DNA of 64,000 bases. It comes from Malacoraja senta. Its lineage: Eukaryota. The translations under genes and the position numbers were made by a program. Shown here piece by piece: positions 49,947 to 64,000 of this stretch. The notes under the pieces are model-generated. The model had not been told where the DNA came from and ran no database searches. It saw only the letters and a program-made list of their open reading frames with translations. Numbering within the stretch: position 1 is the stretch's first letter; every line of letters starts with the position of its first letter. The stretch covers positions 16,494,001 to 16,558,000 of the forward strand of contig CM075987.1 of assembly GCA_038087875.1 (NCBI GenBank). Direction: 5' to 3'.

Positions 49947-50327
49947 ACAGTCCGACTGCTGGAGAAACCAAACATTCTCGAATATGTTTTTTTTTTTCAA
50001 TTACAAATATAGTTTTTTTAAAGCAAAATAGTGCAATATAACAGCGGGGAGAAATAGTTTAGCTTTAGCTATGGGAAATATGCTTGGGAGGTTTTTTTTT
50101 GTTGCAAACGGGTGATCTGCCGGCTTGGTGCGATTGTAGTTATTCTGGATGCAACCCTTCCTCTCTCTGATCCGCGTCCCACTTCCTTTTAACATTCCAC
50201 AGCCCTCTCTCGCAGTTGCATTTGTGATTTCCTCCTTCACTTATTCCCTCCCTTTCCCCCCGCTGCGTTTCCTCCCCTTTCGCCCTTCACCTTGTGCTTC
50301 TGTCTCTCGGCTCCGGCAGGGCTGACG

Positions 50328-50488
50328 ATGTGGAGATTAGCAACATGCACGGTTCTGCTCTTCGTGCAGCGTCTGGTGGTTGGGATGCCCTGGACGCTGG
50401 TGGCGGTCACCACCTGCGCGTTTTACCTCGCATCGGGAGGTCACAAATTCGTCGAGATCTTCATCAAGACCATACGCCGGGATGTACA
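50328..50488 (+). CDS. SLC27A4: Long-chain fatty acid transport protein 4, first coding exon
   Basis: Acceptor cag| at 50319, ATG at 50328. Encodes [53 protein letters not shown], matching human ...[23 protein letters not shown]. 161 coding nt, ends CA|gtaagt. Confidence 0.93.
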
Positions 50489-50837
50489 GTAAGTAACGCA
50501 CGTTTGCACATTTACCCCAACGCTTCCCCCCTTCTCTCCCACCGAGAGACTGACACCGGGTTCTTTGTGTAGCCGCGATCCGATTGCATTTGTCCTTGGC
50601 AAAGGAGACGGTTGCAGTTATTGCTTCTTTAATTCCAGGGGCTTATGCAGAGAGGCAGCTTAACTCGGGGCGAGATTTTGTACCATTGCAGTGCAGCCAT
50701 GTCACCTTGGGTGTCGAAGATCTGCAGACTTGTGAGAATAGACCGCCGGCGAATGACTATCAGGAGCGGCCTTGCAATGTTACTGCCTTTTTGTTAAACC
50801 GAATGGCATAGCTAGTAAAAAAAAAAAGCTGCTGTGT

Positions 50838-50988
50838 GGGAAGGAACTGCAGATGTGTGAGAAGGAACTGCAGATGCTGGTTTAAACCGAAGATAGACTC
50901 AAAAAGCTGGAGTAACTCAGCGGGACAGGCAGCATCTCTGGAGAGAAGGGATAGGTGACGTTTCGGGTCGAGACCCTTCATCAGAAAC
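50838..50988 (-). mobile_element. Short PLE terminal unit with CUGAUGA hammerhead core
   Basis: TSD AAAGCTGCTGTGT (50825-50837 / 50989-51001); minus strand CTGATGA-AGGGTCTCGACCC-GAAA-CGTC. Confidence 0.88.
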
Positions 50989-53900
50989 AAAGCTGCTGTG
51001 TTACACTGAGTGATACAAGATCTGAAAGTTACCTTATTTGAATCCAGGGCAATGCTTAATTATTTTCTTCAAGCAGGCCGTGGGTTTTTGTGGAGGGTTT
51101 TGCTGTTTGTCTTCTGGTCAAGTAGGGGAAGGAGATTTCTGTTCTTGATCACTATCTGTTGACAAAGTGAAATACGATTTTCATTCATATCAACTTTCTC
51201 TGGCAATCTCAGGAACACCCAATATTTTAAAGTATATTTGAAGTGTTCACTGTTACGGTGAGATGTAGCAAGAACTTACAAATGGCAAGAAAATGATATG
51301 AACTAGATACATTTATTTAGTCATTCGCTGAGAGATAAATGTTGGAGACGCAAAAAACGCAGATACCACAATACTGAACAATGCACAAAGTGTTGCTGGA
51401 AGATCTCAATGAGTCGGGCAGCATCTGTGGAGGGAATGCACATAACGAGACAGAATTCGGATCAGGACTCTTCTTAAGACTAAATGTGTCGGAAGGAACT
51501 GCTGATGCTGGTTTAAACTGAAGATAGACACAAAAAGCTGGAGTAACTCAGCGGGACAGGCAGCATCTCTGGAGAGAAGGAATGGTTTCGGGTCGAGACC
51601 CTTCTTCAGACTGATTGGAGTAGGAGGGAGCAAGCTGGGGAAAATAAGTACAATGCCTGGCAAGTGATAGGTGAAGGAATGAACTGCAGATGTTGATTTA
51701 CACCAAAGATAGATACAATGCTGGAGTAACTCAGTGGCTCATGCAGCATCTCTGTAAAAAAAAAAAGAATAGGTGATGTTTCGGGTCGAGACTCTTCTTC
51801 AGACTGTGAATTAGGGGAGAGGACTCTCGGGGGACTTTCCCCTGACATTCAGTCTGAAGAAGAGTCTTAACTTGAAAAGTCACATATTCCTTTTCTCCAG
51901 AGATGCTGCCTGACCCGCTGAGTTACTCCAGCATTTTGCGTGATAGGTGGATGCAGGGGAGAGGAGGAAGGGGGGACACGGTTGATTGGCAAATGGGTGG
52001 AATAAATGACAAAGCTAGAGATAGGCTTGTTCCTTCCTCTCAGAGAATGCTTTGGGATATTTTGCATTCAATTGCGAACACAGCCATAACCTCAGTTTTT
52101 TTGCTACATCTGAAGGCTGGCATTTCCAACATCACAGCAGTGCCTTGGTAACTGGATATTTTTGTGCTCGAGTCTCAGTTGTTCAAAACTTCAACCTTTT
52201 GTCTTGGAGGAGAGTGCTAAGTCCGAATCATTGTGTGAGACAGGGATTTGTAGCATTACTATCAAATCCTGAGGTTTACCAGAATGCTGCATGGGTTACT
52301 ACAATGGAATGTGTTACAAATGAGATACTTGTAACTTTGTCGGCATCCTTGATGTAGTGACTCTTTGCATACCTTGGGTGTGCAAAACAAAGAATATCAC
52401 TGTGATTTGTCAGAAGTAACAATAGATTATCATTCATTCTTTGGATGAGAGTACATTACTTAAACGGAGAGGTTGGACACACTTGGACTGTTTTCTCTGG
52501 TACTTCAGAGGATGAGGGGAGACCTGAGAGAAGTATATAAAATTATAAGGTATAGGTAGGGTAGACGGTCAGGGCATTTTTCCCCAGGGTGGAAATATCA
52601 AGGACTAGAGGGCATGGCTGTAAGGTGAGAGGGACAAAATTTAAATGAGATATATGGGGAAAATTTATTTTTAGTGGTAGGTGGCTGGAATGCATTGGTG
52701 ATGATTGAGGCAGATACAATAGTAGTATTTAAGAGTCTTTTAAATAGGTACATGGGTATGCAGTGAATAGAGGGATACTGATCATGTACAGGCAGATGAG
52801 ATTATTTTACCTTGGCATCATGATTGGTACGGGAATTGTGGATTGAAGGGCCTGCTCCCGTGCTGTACAGTTTTATGTTCTGAATAGGACCCCTTTCCCT
52901 TTGAGACTACCCCACCATTCATTACAATTATGCTTGAGCTTCTCTTCCGATTCCATTTTCCAATACTCTCCCTGTTTTCTGATTCCTTTAATATCCAGAA
53001 GTCAATCTCTGTTTTGAGTGAACTTTGCAACAGCCTCTATAACCCTCGCATAGTGAATTCCAAAGATTGACCATGCTCTGAATAATGAAGTTTCTCTGCC
53101 ATAAATGGCCCGGGCCCTGGTCTGAGACCTGAGACTCCAGTTTCTAGACATTCTAGCCAGGTGATAGAAACATCTGTTCAAGTCCTAAAATAAGTTTATA
53201 CATTTCAATGAGGTCACCTCTACTAAACTAGAGAAACCACATCACATTGCTCAATCCCACCGCTTACGGCAAACTTGCCATCCCAGAATGAGTCTGGTGA
53301 ATCTACAATGCACTCCTGCCAGGGCCAGTACCGGAATATATTTTTGGTAGGAAACCAATATTCTATTGTCCACAATACTCTAGATGTACATTTTAGTTTA
53401 TTGTCAGGTTTTGTTGCGTGCTATTTCACCAAGGCCTGCTGGTGGACTCGCAGGTCTCTGTTTCCCCCCTATAAAATGGTGAGGTCAGACTTACTACCCT
53501 CTAATCTGCACGATCCATTCTAGCATTTACAGAATTATCGAAGATGATCTGCTACCTCTCCAACCACCTCTTCCAAATCTCTGGTGTATTACGTCCTTAA
53601 CTTTTTAGTCTCAGTGAGTTTTCCAGTATTGTTTTGTTTTCCCTCAAACTAATTTATGTTAATTCCTTATTTTCTATAGTGACTTAATTTTCTGCTATTT
53701 CTAACAGGATTTTCATGCCTTCAACAATGAAGACGTGAATATATTCTACTGAAGTTAGCCTGTTAAAATATTTTAAGGATAACCTTTAGATCTCCCTCAT
53801 TGTAATAATTGAAACAAAAATATCCAGGCTTCCACACTCTACTTCTGAACTCCTAGCAGGCATTTATTTATTTTTTCAGGCAAATAGCAGGAAGCAAGTT

Positions 53901-56900
53901 TCATTACAGACTTTTATCATTTCCTGCTCTGGTTCCTTGTCCTTTGTCGTTACTCAATATTGAGATTATGTGGAGGGCAGTGACTTTTGCTGGGGCGTGG
54001 TTGCAAACAAACCAGCAATTCCTTGCTTTCCTGTGCAACTGATTATTTTTCCGTGTAAGAATCCCAGCAGAGTAGCAGGAAAGAGTTTAACAATGATGAT
54101 GGAAAGGGAACTGTAACAATGGAACTTTGCTTGATATCAGCTGATGTTGAGGTGAATAGTGGAGTTTGACAGAAATGGGGACAATAACCAAGTTGAAGAA
54201 GGGTCCTGACCAGAAATGTTCCCCGTCCATACCCTCCAAAGATGCTGCCTGACCCGTGGAGTTCCTCCAGCACGTTGTGTTTTACTGAAGAGTCCAGTCT
54301 CTGCATTTCATTGTTTGCCATTCTCTGCTATTGCCTTTCTTCGGGGCAAGGTGCTTTCTGTTAGTTATGTAACCAGGCAAAAGATAGATATGTATATCTC
54401 TAAAAGTACAGGCTTTGTCATGACTGGCGATGGCTAATGTACAAACGTTTGAATTTCTGAATCAACGTACGTAACATTGAACTTCACCAAGGGAGTTAAA
54501 TGGGCAATGACAATCAGACGACTCGTTTGCATCCAACATTGCCGACCACCTGTTTTAGAACAAATGAAGAGAGGTTGCAAAATTTAAAATGATTTGATCT
54601 TGGAATGTATTTGCCTGTTGTTGACCAGTGTGGACTCGTTACAACTTGGCTTCCCTATTTGGATACAATAACTGGTAGAGTTGCAGTCAGTCAAGAAGGC
54701 CGTCGAAGGGTACAGCTGGATATAAATCAATTACATATATGGGCAGAGGAATGGCAGATGGAGTTTAATCCAAAAAGGTGTGAGGTGTTGCATTTTGGGA
54801 GGTTGTACATAAGGGGAAAGTTAGAGTTAATGGCAAGACCCTCAACTGCATTGAGCAGAATACAAAGTGCTGGAATAACTCAGCATATGTGGAGCAAATG
54901 GACTGACATCGTTTCAGGTTGCAGCCCTTCTTCAAACTTGAAGGGACCCGACCTGAAACGTCATGCAGCCATTTCCTCCATGACTGCTGCCTGACCTGCT
55001 GAGTTACTCCAGCACTTTGTGTTCTGCTCAAGATCCCAGCACCTGTAATTCCATGTGTCTCCCCTTAACAGCATCAAGTTATATGTCACAGAGTTGTTAT
55101 TTTCCTCTCATTGAATCATTCTTGCTTGTTGCATGGTCACCAGTTTCTCTGTTACTTTTCCTGGGTGACCATTCCATATGAGTTGACCTTTCCTGTTTAC
55201 CTACTCGCAGATACTTAAGATGGACTAAACAGCTTGGCCTGATCCTGTCATTGTCCATGCGGGTTTAATTTTCAGCAGAGGTCATTAGAAAATAGAGGTG
55301 GACAAAGCCCATGCCATACCATCCCTTAAAAGACTTGTTTTTCCTTCACGTATATAAAATTATATTAATGTAAAATATGCCTGATTATGTTTGTGTTGTA
55401 TTCCGAATATTTGAATAGCTTCCAGGTTCTTTCATCGTAATGCTGGTGGACTATTTCCTCTTTTGGGCTTTGCTAAGCCAAAAGAGTGAAGAGTTTGTAC
55501 CGACTCTTACAAAGGGATTCTTACTCATTCTAACTGCAAAGGGAGGATTTCAACATATTTTCTAGTTTAAGGTCAGCGCTGAATAAACATTGTTTGGTGT
55601 GGCCAAATGCATGTGGTGTATACTTGAAAAGGAAAATAAAATTGCATGGTCAAATTGCAAGAAAGGAAAGAGACCAGGGGATGAATGAGACATTCACTGC
55701 CATCTTTTTAAGAAATATAATGGAAAAAGGGTGGGCCTCCTAGAACCTTGACATTAGGTTGGTGAACTTCAGGATGTGGATATCCTTTTTCTTTGTGTAG
55801 CTCACGTTTGTTTACGTCTAACTTTTTCGTGTATTCTATGATTTATTTTTTTGTTTATTTGATTTATAAAATATTCTTCCTTTTCAAATAATTTTGTCTA
55901 ATAAAAGAGGCCACCATTCTATATTTACAAGGGCATTTAATTGACATCCTTTTTCACCCTAAATCCCTGGGTCAAAAACTTTGCAGCGGGTAAGGTTAGT
56001 CTTGCAGGAAAATTGACTACTGTGCAATGCAACATTATTTATTTTAATAGTTAAATATTCAGTTGGCGATATTGGGAAAAATCTGGAAATTGAACTATGG
56101 TAAAAATATGACCGTTGACCAGGAAAGCAACGTTTTGTTTTGCTGCCTGAGGAGGGATTGGGATGGTTCCTGAATCACAACTGGAGTGGCAATGGCTCAT
56201 CGCTAAAATAATTTAATTTTATTGGAAAATATCCGCTAAGCACAGCTGTTTCTCCAGATAAATTACAAACATTTTTATTAAACTATATTAGTTAGTGCTA
56301 AAACAATGGTGATTAGGCAGATAAGATGTCATTAAATTCTTTAAAGTTGCATAATAAAACAAGATAAAATCCAGCCCACATCTGTGGAAAGAAACAATTA
56401 ATATTTTAGGTCCAAGATTGTTTGTTAGAATCTTGAGCACAAATGAAAGTGCTGGAGGAACTTAGCAGGTCAGGCAGAAGCTATGGAGAGAATAGACTGC
56501 TTATATTTCAGTTGAGACCATTTATAAGGAAGGAATGATAGGAAAAATTATTACTTTCTTGCAACTTAAGCAGAAGATCATGGCGAGAGTCAGTATCGTC
56601 ACCAAATAGTTAGCACAACTTAAATAAATTTGCCCTGTATTAACAACAGAAAATGGAGACGTGCATCAGACCAGGCAAAGTACACGGAGAGCAAAACAAA
56701 GTTAATGTTTCAGATCAATGCCCTGTGGTTTTGTTTAGCTTTACCTGGGGAATGGTTAAAATATGGAAGTTGTTGGCAAAAGGAGATGTTGAGGTGAATA
56801 AGGTAGAAGTATTTGAGGGGAAATTTGATTGGAAGTTCTGAGTGAAAAGTTATTATGCCATTAAAGTTAGATTATGAAGAATGTGAGGAGATTTAGAAAT

Positions 56901-59769
56901 GGCACAGATGTTTGTATCAATTCATCTCTGAATGAGCTGTATCCAGTGCTTTTTTGTTTGTAGACAAAAAGGTGCTGGCATGAATATCAATTTAAAAGAT
57001 AGTTACATTTATGAACACTTTTTCCCATTAATATACCCCCAGCCCCCCATCTGTTTTTGATTTTATGGCTAATTAACTTATAATTTAAGCTAATAACTAA
57101 AAAATAAAAAATCAATGCATATTTAAAAACGTGAAAATTTAGTTTTTAACCTTTTGGAGTTGCCAGTACGCAGTACCAGCACATACCATTACAAAAAATA
57201 AGAACTGGCTGTATCTATGCAGTTGTCAGCCTGATGAAAGGTCCCAAGCAAAAACCTAAACTATCTCCCCCCCCCCACAGATGCTGCCTGGTCTGCTGAG
57301 TTCCTCCAACACTTTGTTTTGCTCAAGATTCCGGCATCTGCAGCTCCTTATGTCGCTGTATCTATGTTGCACATTGCATGCGTTTATGTACAATTCTTTA
57401 GCACTTCTCTTTGAAAATGCAACATAAGCCACACATAAATTAAAACGCAGAGGCTGGAAAACTGAAATAAAAGACAAAATGCTGGAAACATGCCAGATAA
57501 AAAGATTTTCAATCTGACATATTTTGTGTTTCATTTTATGTTTCATTTTCTGTAGATGCTATTTGACCTGCTGAGTGTTTCCAGTGTTTTCTGTTTATAA
57601 ACCTCGTACGAGGTTCAAAATAGGACACGAGGCACTTCGCGACCAAACAGATACTATAAGGTTGGTCCAAAAGTGGAGCTGGCATCAAATGAAGGAGGGA
57701 GTAGCAAAGAGGTAGTTTAACTGATGAATTGGGAGCAAGCGGTGAAATATTTCTACTTAACAAGTAGAGATGACAACCCATCTCGGATCCCACCAAACCA
57801 AACTCATTCTTAGTTCTGGGAGACTGATCTGAGAACGACAATGTAAAAGAAGGAATTGGTGAAATCCTGAATTTTGCAGTGTAGAAGACAGTTTTTTAGT
57901 TTGTTGTGCCTGTGCGGGAGACATGTATGAAGGATTTGCCAGGACCATCTGGTGGAGGCTGGCTGGAGTGGAAGTGAGTGGTTGCAGTGATCAATCTAAT
58001 GCCAGGTTTGAAACTTGCAGGTGATAAACAGATTTTTAGTGCTCAATGACCACAGAACAAAGCAGCTTGTGGCTGGATGAGACTTGATTAAAGTACTACC
58101 ATAGAAATTGTTGGGCATACCTTCTGGTATTAAGGTTTGGGTGCATTGGGGCTAATTTATTCTGCACACAGAATAGCCCACAGCTATTTCAAATAAATTA
58201 CCATCCACCATATAGGTTTCACATATAAGAGTTTAATAGTGGGAACATATCCTTCAATCCACCGAGTCCATGCTGACCATGATCACCCGTTCACACTAGT
58301 TCTGTGTTCTCCCACTTTCACATCCGCTCCCTACACAAACTGGGGGCAATTTACAGAGGCTAACCTACATATCCGCATGACTTTGGGATACGTGAAGAAA
58401 CCGGAGCTTCCAGGGGAAACCCGTGGTCACGGAAAACGTGCAAACCCCACACCGACAGCACCCGAGGTCAGGATCAACCCTGGGTCTCTGGAGCTGTGAG
58501 GCAGCAGCTCTACCAGCTGCTCTATTGTGCCGCCCTGTGTTTACAGTGATAATTGTAGAAGAATGTTGTTGATGTGGTGCAGCCCTGTGGAGGAGATTCC
58601 CTTTGTCTGAATACTAACACATTCATAATTAGTTGGCAAGTATTATTCTTGGATACTCGCCCTATAATTACACGGGCGAGGATTCTCCTTTTTGTGATTG
58701 ACCTGGCAGGGCGAACAAAGCCCCAAAGCATTTCATTGCCGGTGGCTGGATCCAGACTTGCTTTGCTGCCATATGCCTCGAGGACCATGTAGTTGGTGAC
58801 TGAGTGAGGGTCTGTGAGCAGTGGGGTGAGAAGGCTTGGCTCAGCTGCAGTAGTGGGGACATTATGGTGTCTCCAAACAGAGCGATAAACATATTGCTGG
58901 AGTAACTCAGCGGGTCAGGCACCATCTCTGGAGAACATGGATAGGTGGCGTTTTGGATCGGGACACTTCTTCCTAGGGCTAGCAAATTGTGAAATTAAAA
59001 TCTCATTGCCTCCCCTTCTCCTTCATCCTAATGAATGCAAAACATTTCTCCAGGGTTTTTTTTAATATGGGCAGTCTGAAATGCAGTAGTGGACTGGCTG
59101 ATATCTTGGTCTCTCAGTTCATTGCAACGTCTCGCCATTTTCTTCCTTACATTTTGTTTCTTCTCTGTTGGCTCTATTTATGTCCCACCTCTTTCCTTTT
59201 TTTCCCGTTAATCCCAAATATCACTCTCCCATTATTGCATCGTGGCCCTGAGTAATCAGAAAGGAAGTAGTGTTGTGCTACAGGAAACATGATAGGAGTT
59301 TGTGTATAGCAATCTCCCACAAGCATCAAAGGAGGAAGTAACCAGACCGTCATCTATTTTAAATATCAGTGAGAGAGCAATGTAGGCCAGGGCACGAGGG
59401 GTGAGATTGCTCTTCTGTAAGCAGCCAATGCAATCAACTTGAAAATCAACAATGCAATGCCGAAATTTGAAAGTTTGCACCACCAGCCTCGGGAACATCA
59501 TCTTCCTTCAGTTATCAGGCTTCTGAACGATCCTTCCATTTGCTAGTCTATAGCACAATTCACCTCTCCACTCCTCTTTGCTCTACTTATTGTACTTGGG
59601 TATGATTTATTTGTATTTGTCAGTTTTGATAGCGTGTAAAACAAAGCTTCTCTCAGTACCTCGGTACAAGTGGTAATAACAACCCTAAATCTACACTTGC
59701 TGATGCTCACCATTTTCAAGGAAAAGAGACAGCAACTAACACTGTTTTATTTTTGTCTTTTTATCTCAG

Positions 59770-60164
59770 TGCCGCTGGTGTCCTCCTCAAAGTCAAGCTC
59801 AATGTTAAACGGAACTTGAAATTGAACAACACAGTCCCAAATATCTTCCATGAAGTTGTGCAGAGGCACCCGGATAAGACGGCGCTTATATTCGAGGCGA
59901 CGGGTGCTGCTTGGAGTTTCCGGTACCTGGACGAATACTCGAACAGAGTCGCCAACTTTTTTTATGAGCAGGGCTACCGCACTGGTGATGTGGTGGCCGT
60001 TTTCATGGAGAGCAGGAACGAGTACGTGGGACTATGGTTAGGTTTGGCCAAAGTTGGAGTGGAGTCAGCACTGATTAACTTCAACTTGCGGATGGACGCT
60101 CTAACTCACTGTATCACCATCTCCAAGGCAAAGGCCATTATATTCGGCAGCGAGCTGAACGATG
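59770..60164 (+). CDS. SLC27A4: SLC27A4 second coding exon
   Basis: ttttatctcag|T GCC...GAT G|gtaagt, 395 nt, phase-compatible with the previous exon. Contains [33 protein letters not shown], typical of FATP1/4. The N-terminus and GOLGA2 neighbourhood favour FATP4. Confidence 0.95.
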
Positions 60165-62908
60165 GTAAGTACAACATGACTGACTGCATTAAACATGCAG
60201 AACCAAAGGTGACAAGTAAGTGACTTACTTAAGACTAATTTTAAAAAGAGAGACATGTCATTTATTTGGAATGACATGCAGAGAAGATTCACAAGGATGT
60301 GGCCAGAACTCGAGTGCCTGAGCTATAGCGAGAGGTTGGACAGGCTCGGACTTCATTCCTTGGAGCAAAGCAGGCTGAAGGGGTGATCTTATAACGGTGT
60401 AGAAAATCATGAGGAGGATAGGGTGAATACATAGCCTTTTATCTAAGGTATGGGAATCAAAAACTAGAGGACATGGGTGAAAGGGGCAAGGTTTAATAGG
60501 CACCTGAGGGGCAACTTTTTCACACAAAAGGTGGTGAGTAAATGGAACAAGTTGCCAGAAAGGTAATTGATGCAGATACCAAAACAGCATTTAAAAGACA
60601 GGTACGTGGATAAAAAAGAAGGGTATGGGCCAAATGTAGGCATATGGGGTAGCTTGATGGGCCATCTTGGTCGGCATGGATGAATTTGGCCGAAGGTATC
60701 TATGATACTATGCCTATCAAACCACATTAATTTTTGTAGACCAGATCATGGTGGCCCAAAACATTTTACAGGCAATTAAGTTTAAAAAAAAAAAAAAAGA
60801 TTGTCTCCCTTGTATTGTCAAAAGCACTGCTACCACTGAGATCTATACAATAATGATCTGTTTACCGTGATATTAATTCAATTGGAACATACTACATGGA
60901 AACAAACCCTTTGACCCACCAGGTCCATGCTGACCATCGATGATAGGTTTGCACTAGTTCCCTGTTGTCCCACTTCTGAGTACAAACCCGCACGTCTTTG
61001 GGATGTGGGATGATTCCGGAGCACCTGGAGGAAACCGGCGCACCTGGAGGAAACCGGCGCAGTCACAGTAAGAGTGTGCAAACTCCATATGGACTGCACC
61101 CACTGTGAGGCAATAGCTCTACCGGCTGCACCACTATGTTGCGGCATTTGGATAAATGCTCTCCTCCAGGACACGAGGGAGTATTCTGATTGTTTTGTTT
61201 TGTGTGGATCTAAAGCATTCTCTGTTACTAAGGGAGCAAATGGTCTTGTTTTAATTTTCCCCTGAAGGACGCTGCCCACATAAGTGCGACACTCCCTCAG
61301 TTTTGTGCAGGATTGTGCGGCTGGAATTTTTTCCCGTGTCAGCAACAGGATTTGAATTTGCAATCTCTCGCCCTGGAGGCACCCGCCTGCTCTTTCACCA
61401 CAGCACTGCACATTGTACCTTAAAATTCTTTATCGAGCACACTTTAGAAAAATGTCATTACGCCTGTTTTCAATATTCTTTGAGTTCGTAAACTTGCCGA
61501 GTTTAAAAATACAGTATAGTGTATTTTTTCTTCCCCTTCCGATGCCCCTCCCTCTTTGGCCAGTCAAGCTGAATGAGCAGAGCCAAATGTGCTGTGTTCT
61601 GAAGGAAACAAGGTCAAAAAGAATACAATGTTCAGAATGCATTAATAATCACACTCAAGGCTAACTAAGGTTGAAAGAGTCCAGGTAGCTTTATTCATTT
61701 AGATTTGAGTTATTCAGTGATTTAATGGTGGGAAAAAAATACTCTTCTTCTGTTCTTTGTGACCCTCAGTGGGATTGGAAGTCATTTTACTTATTCATGT
61801 TTATGTCAGTGCAACATGACACGGCAATTTCTGCTCCTCTGCCTGGTCTCTGCCTTCGATTAGGCCAGCGTGGCTTCAGGGCATATTCTTAAAACATTTA
61901 AAAACAAGAAACAAATTACATTTATGGGGGGAAAAAAGGGTCTCCACCCGAAAAGTCACCTGTCCATAATTCTCCAGGGATGCTGCCTGACCTGCTGAGT
62001 TTCTCCAGCACTTTGTCATTTTGTTTATTAAACATCATGTAGAGTTCTACAGAAGGCTTGAACTCAAAGTGGATTCATATCCTCTCATCATTATGACATG
62101 TAAAATGTGAGCAGCAAGTGATCGAGAGCAGCAGGCGACAGGAACTCTGTCCGGTGTGGTTTGGCTAATGCCAATCTTGCTTCTCGGAGATCTACTCCAG
62201 GGACTTGAGCACAAGTTCCAGGCTGGCATTTGGAATGTGGTCTTAAGGAAACAGTGCACTATTTGAGATGCCATCTTTCAGATTGGCCATGGAACTGTAT
62301 AAACAAACTTTCTCCAGTATTTAGCCAAAATTTGTTGCTCAACCAACTCAAAGGACAAATGGTCTTTACTATAGCCTTGAGACACAAACTGCAGATGCTG
62401 CAATCCTGTGCAAAAGTGCTGGAGGAACTTATTGCGTCATGCAGCATCTGGGGAGGGAATGGACAGACGGCGTTTTGGCTCAGGACCCTTCTTTACACTG
62501 TCCATTCCTTCCTCAGGTGCCTGGTCCACTGAGTCCCTCCAGCACTTTGTGTTTTATTATAACATTGCTGTTCATGATATGTTGCCACACTGCCTATATT
62601 GAAAGTACTTCACTGGGTGCCACAACTTGCAAAAGACATTTATTGGCTAAGCAGAGACTTATCTTTTGGCAACAAAATTCTTATCTTTTGTTCATTACAT
62701 ACTAACAACACCATCTTGCCACTTTCCCCCCCCTTCCCTCAACCACGTGACCTTCCACTGGAGGATCCCAATCCAAGTCTGAAAACTATTAAAATAAACA
62801 ATCTAGAGCAGTATACTGGAGGAGCTGGAAATGTGATGTTAAAAGAGAAAATGCTGGAAATACTCGGGTCAGGCAGTATTTGTGAAGGAACTAAAACATT
62901 ACCTGTTT

Positions 62909-63112
62909 AAGAAGGAACTGCAGATGCTGGAAAATCGAAGGTAGACAAAAGTGCTGGAGAAACTCAGCGGGTGCAGCAGCATCTATGGAGCAAAGGAAAT
63001 AGGCAAAGTTTCGGTCTGAAGAAGGGTTTCGGCCTGAAACGTTACCTATTTCCTTCGCTCAATAGATGCTGCTGCACCCGCTGAGTTTCTCCAGCACTTT
63101 TGTCTACCTTTA
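62909..63112. mobile_element. Short fold-back PLE-derived element with hammerhead core
   Basis: Two inverted copies of the PLE 3' terminus; 16-bp TSD AAAACATTACCTGTTT at 62893-62908 and 63113-63128. Confidence 0.9.
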
Positions 63113-64000
63113 AAAACATTACCTGTTTTTCGTTCACCATAGAAGCTGTCTGACCTCGTGCATTTCCAGCATTTTCTGTTTTGTTTTATTGCCAGCTGCC
63201 TAGAAGTCAGATTTGTGTCTGGCATTGATGTACAGGATTTGTGCATCATTCTGGTGTAAAATTGATTGTCAGCTATACGGTGTGCAATTTGTTATCCCCC
63301 AGTAATGCACTGAGCATTAGTATAAGCAGCTGAGGAATTACGAGAATCCTCGAGCGAGGGCTTTGACCTGTGAAAACTATGGTAGAGTGGAGCAGATGAT
63401 TGAGGGTTACCAGTGGGACACATCAGTTTTTTGTGAAACTTCAACGTCAGGAAAACAACCCTCCTCTCTTCTCCTCTCACCGCTCTCAACCTTCCCCACC
63501 ATGCGACTGGCCCGAGGTGACATTTGGACAGATATAGAGACAGGAAGGGTTTCCAGGGCTATGTAGCAAATGCGGACAAATGGGACTAGCCCAGAAGACC
63601 AATTTGGTCAGCATGGACAAGGTGGGCTGAAGGGCCCGTTTCTGTTCTGTGTACTGCAAATACATTGCAAACGAGATTAGACAATATATCCTGGATTCAG
63701 GATATTGTATATGATGCATGAGGAGATGAGAGGATCTAATCCATTTGAATATGTATTTGAGGCTTCGATGCACAAAACGAGGTCATGTAATGATAGTTAC
63801 ATTTGCATGGGGCCTCCGTATATCACAACATATTGACGTTCCTGAGGAGCACCTGTGCGCTGCCAGTATGCAAAGACTCACAAGTGAAGGACACAATCTG
63901 GTAATAATCAACACCCGGAGAGGCATGCTATATTTAAACAAGGATTCCAGCATCATTGCTCCCCGTGTACACAGTGGATTTATAAATCTGCAGATACTGT

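Noticed and set aside
63265..63315. Candidate next SLC27A4 exon (cag|CTATACGG)
   Set aside because: Weak pyrimidine tract, early stop and no FATP similarity; the next exon is probably beyond the window.
1..64000. CRISPR arrays, rRNA, true tRNA genes, snoRNAs
   Set aside because: None seen; tRNA-like boxes belong to SINE heads and the repeats are dispersed, not regularly spaced.

Overview
Vertebrate genomic DNA, most likely a skate or ray (inferred from HE1-like SINEs and from the CR1 and Penelope families present). Two host genes face away from each other. GOLGA2 (GM130) lies on the minus strand, with coding exons 1-7 between 30657 and 1751; the gene continues off the left edge. SLC27A4 (FATP4) lies on the plus strand, with its first two coding exons at 50328-50488 and 59770-60164; it continues off the right edge. 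The rest is dense with transposons: CR1 LINEs, a Neptune-type Penelope-like element (PLE) with an uninterrupted RT + GIY-YIG frame, two decayed Tc1 transposons, a Harbinger-type MITE, RTE and Rex1/Babar fragments, and tRNA SINEs. The most striking pattern is about 25 short PLE-derived repeats carrying minimal hammerhead-ribozyme-like cores. Several have 13-16 bp target-site duplications (TSDs) and several are fold-back dimers. Also notable are reciprocal PLE/CR1 nesting, an RTE insertion that appears to have captured a piece of the neighbouring Tc1, a perfect 64-bp-arm palindrome, and possible relics of an IQ-motif/coiled-coil gene where human has SWI5/TRUB2/COQ4. All homologies are from recall; no searches were run.
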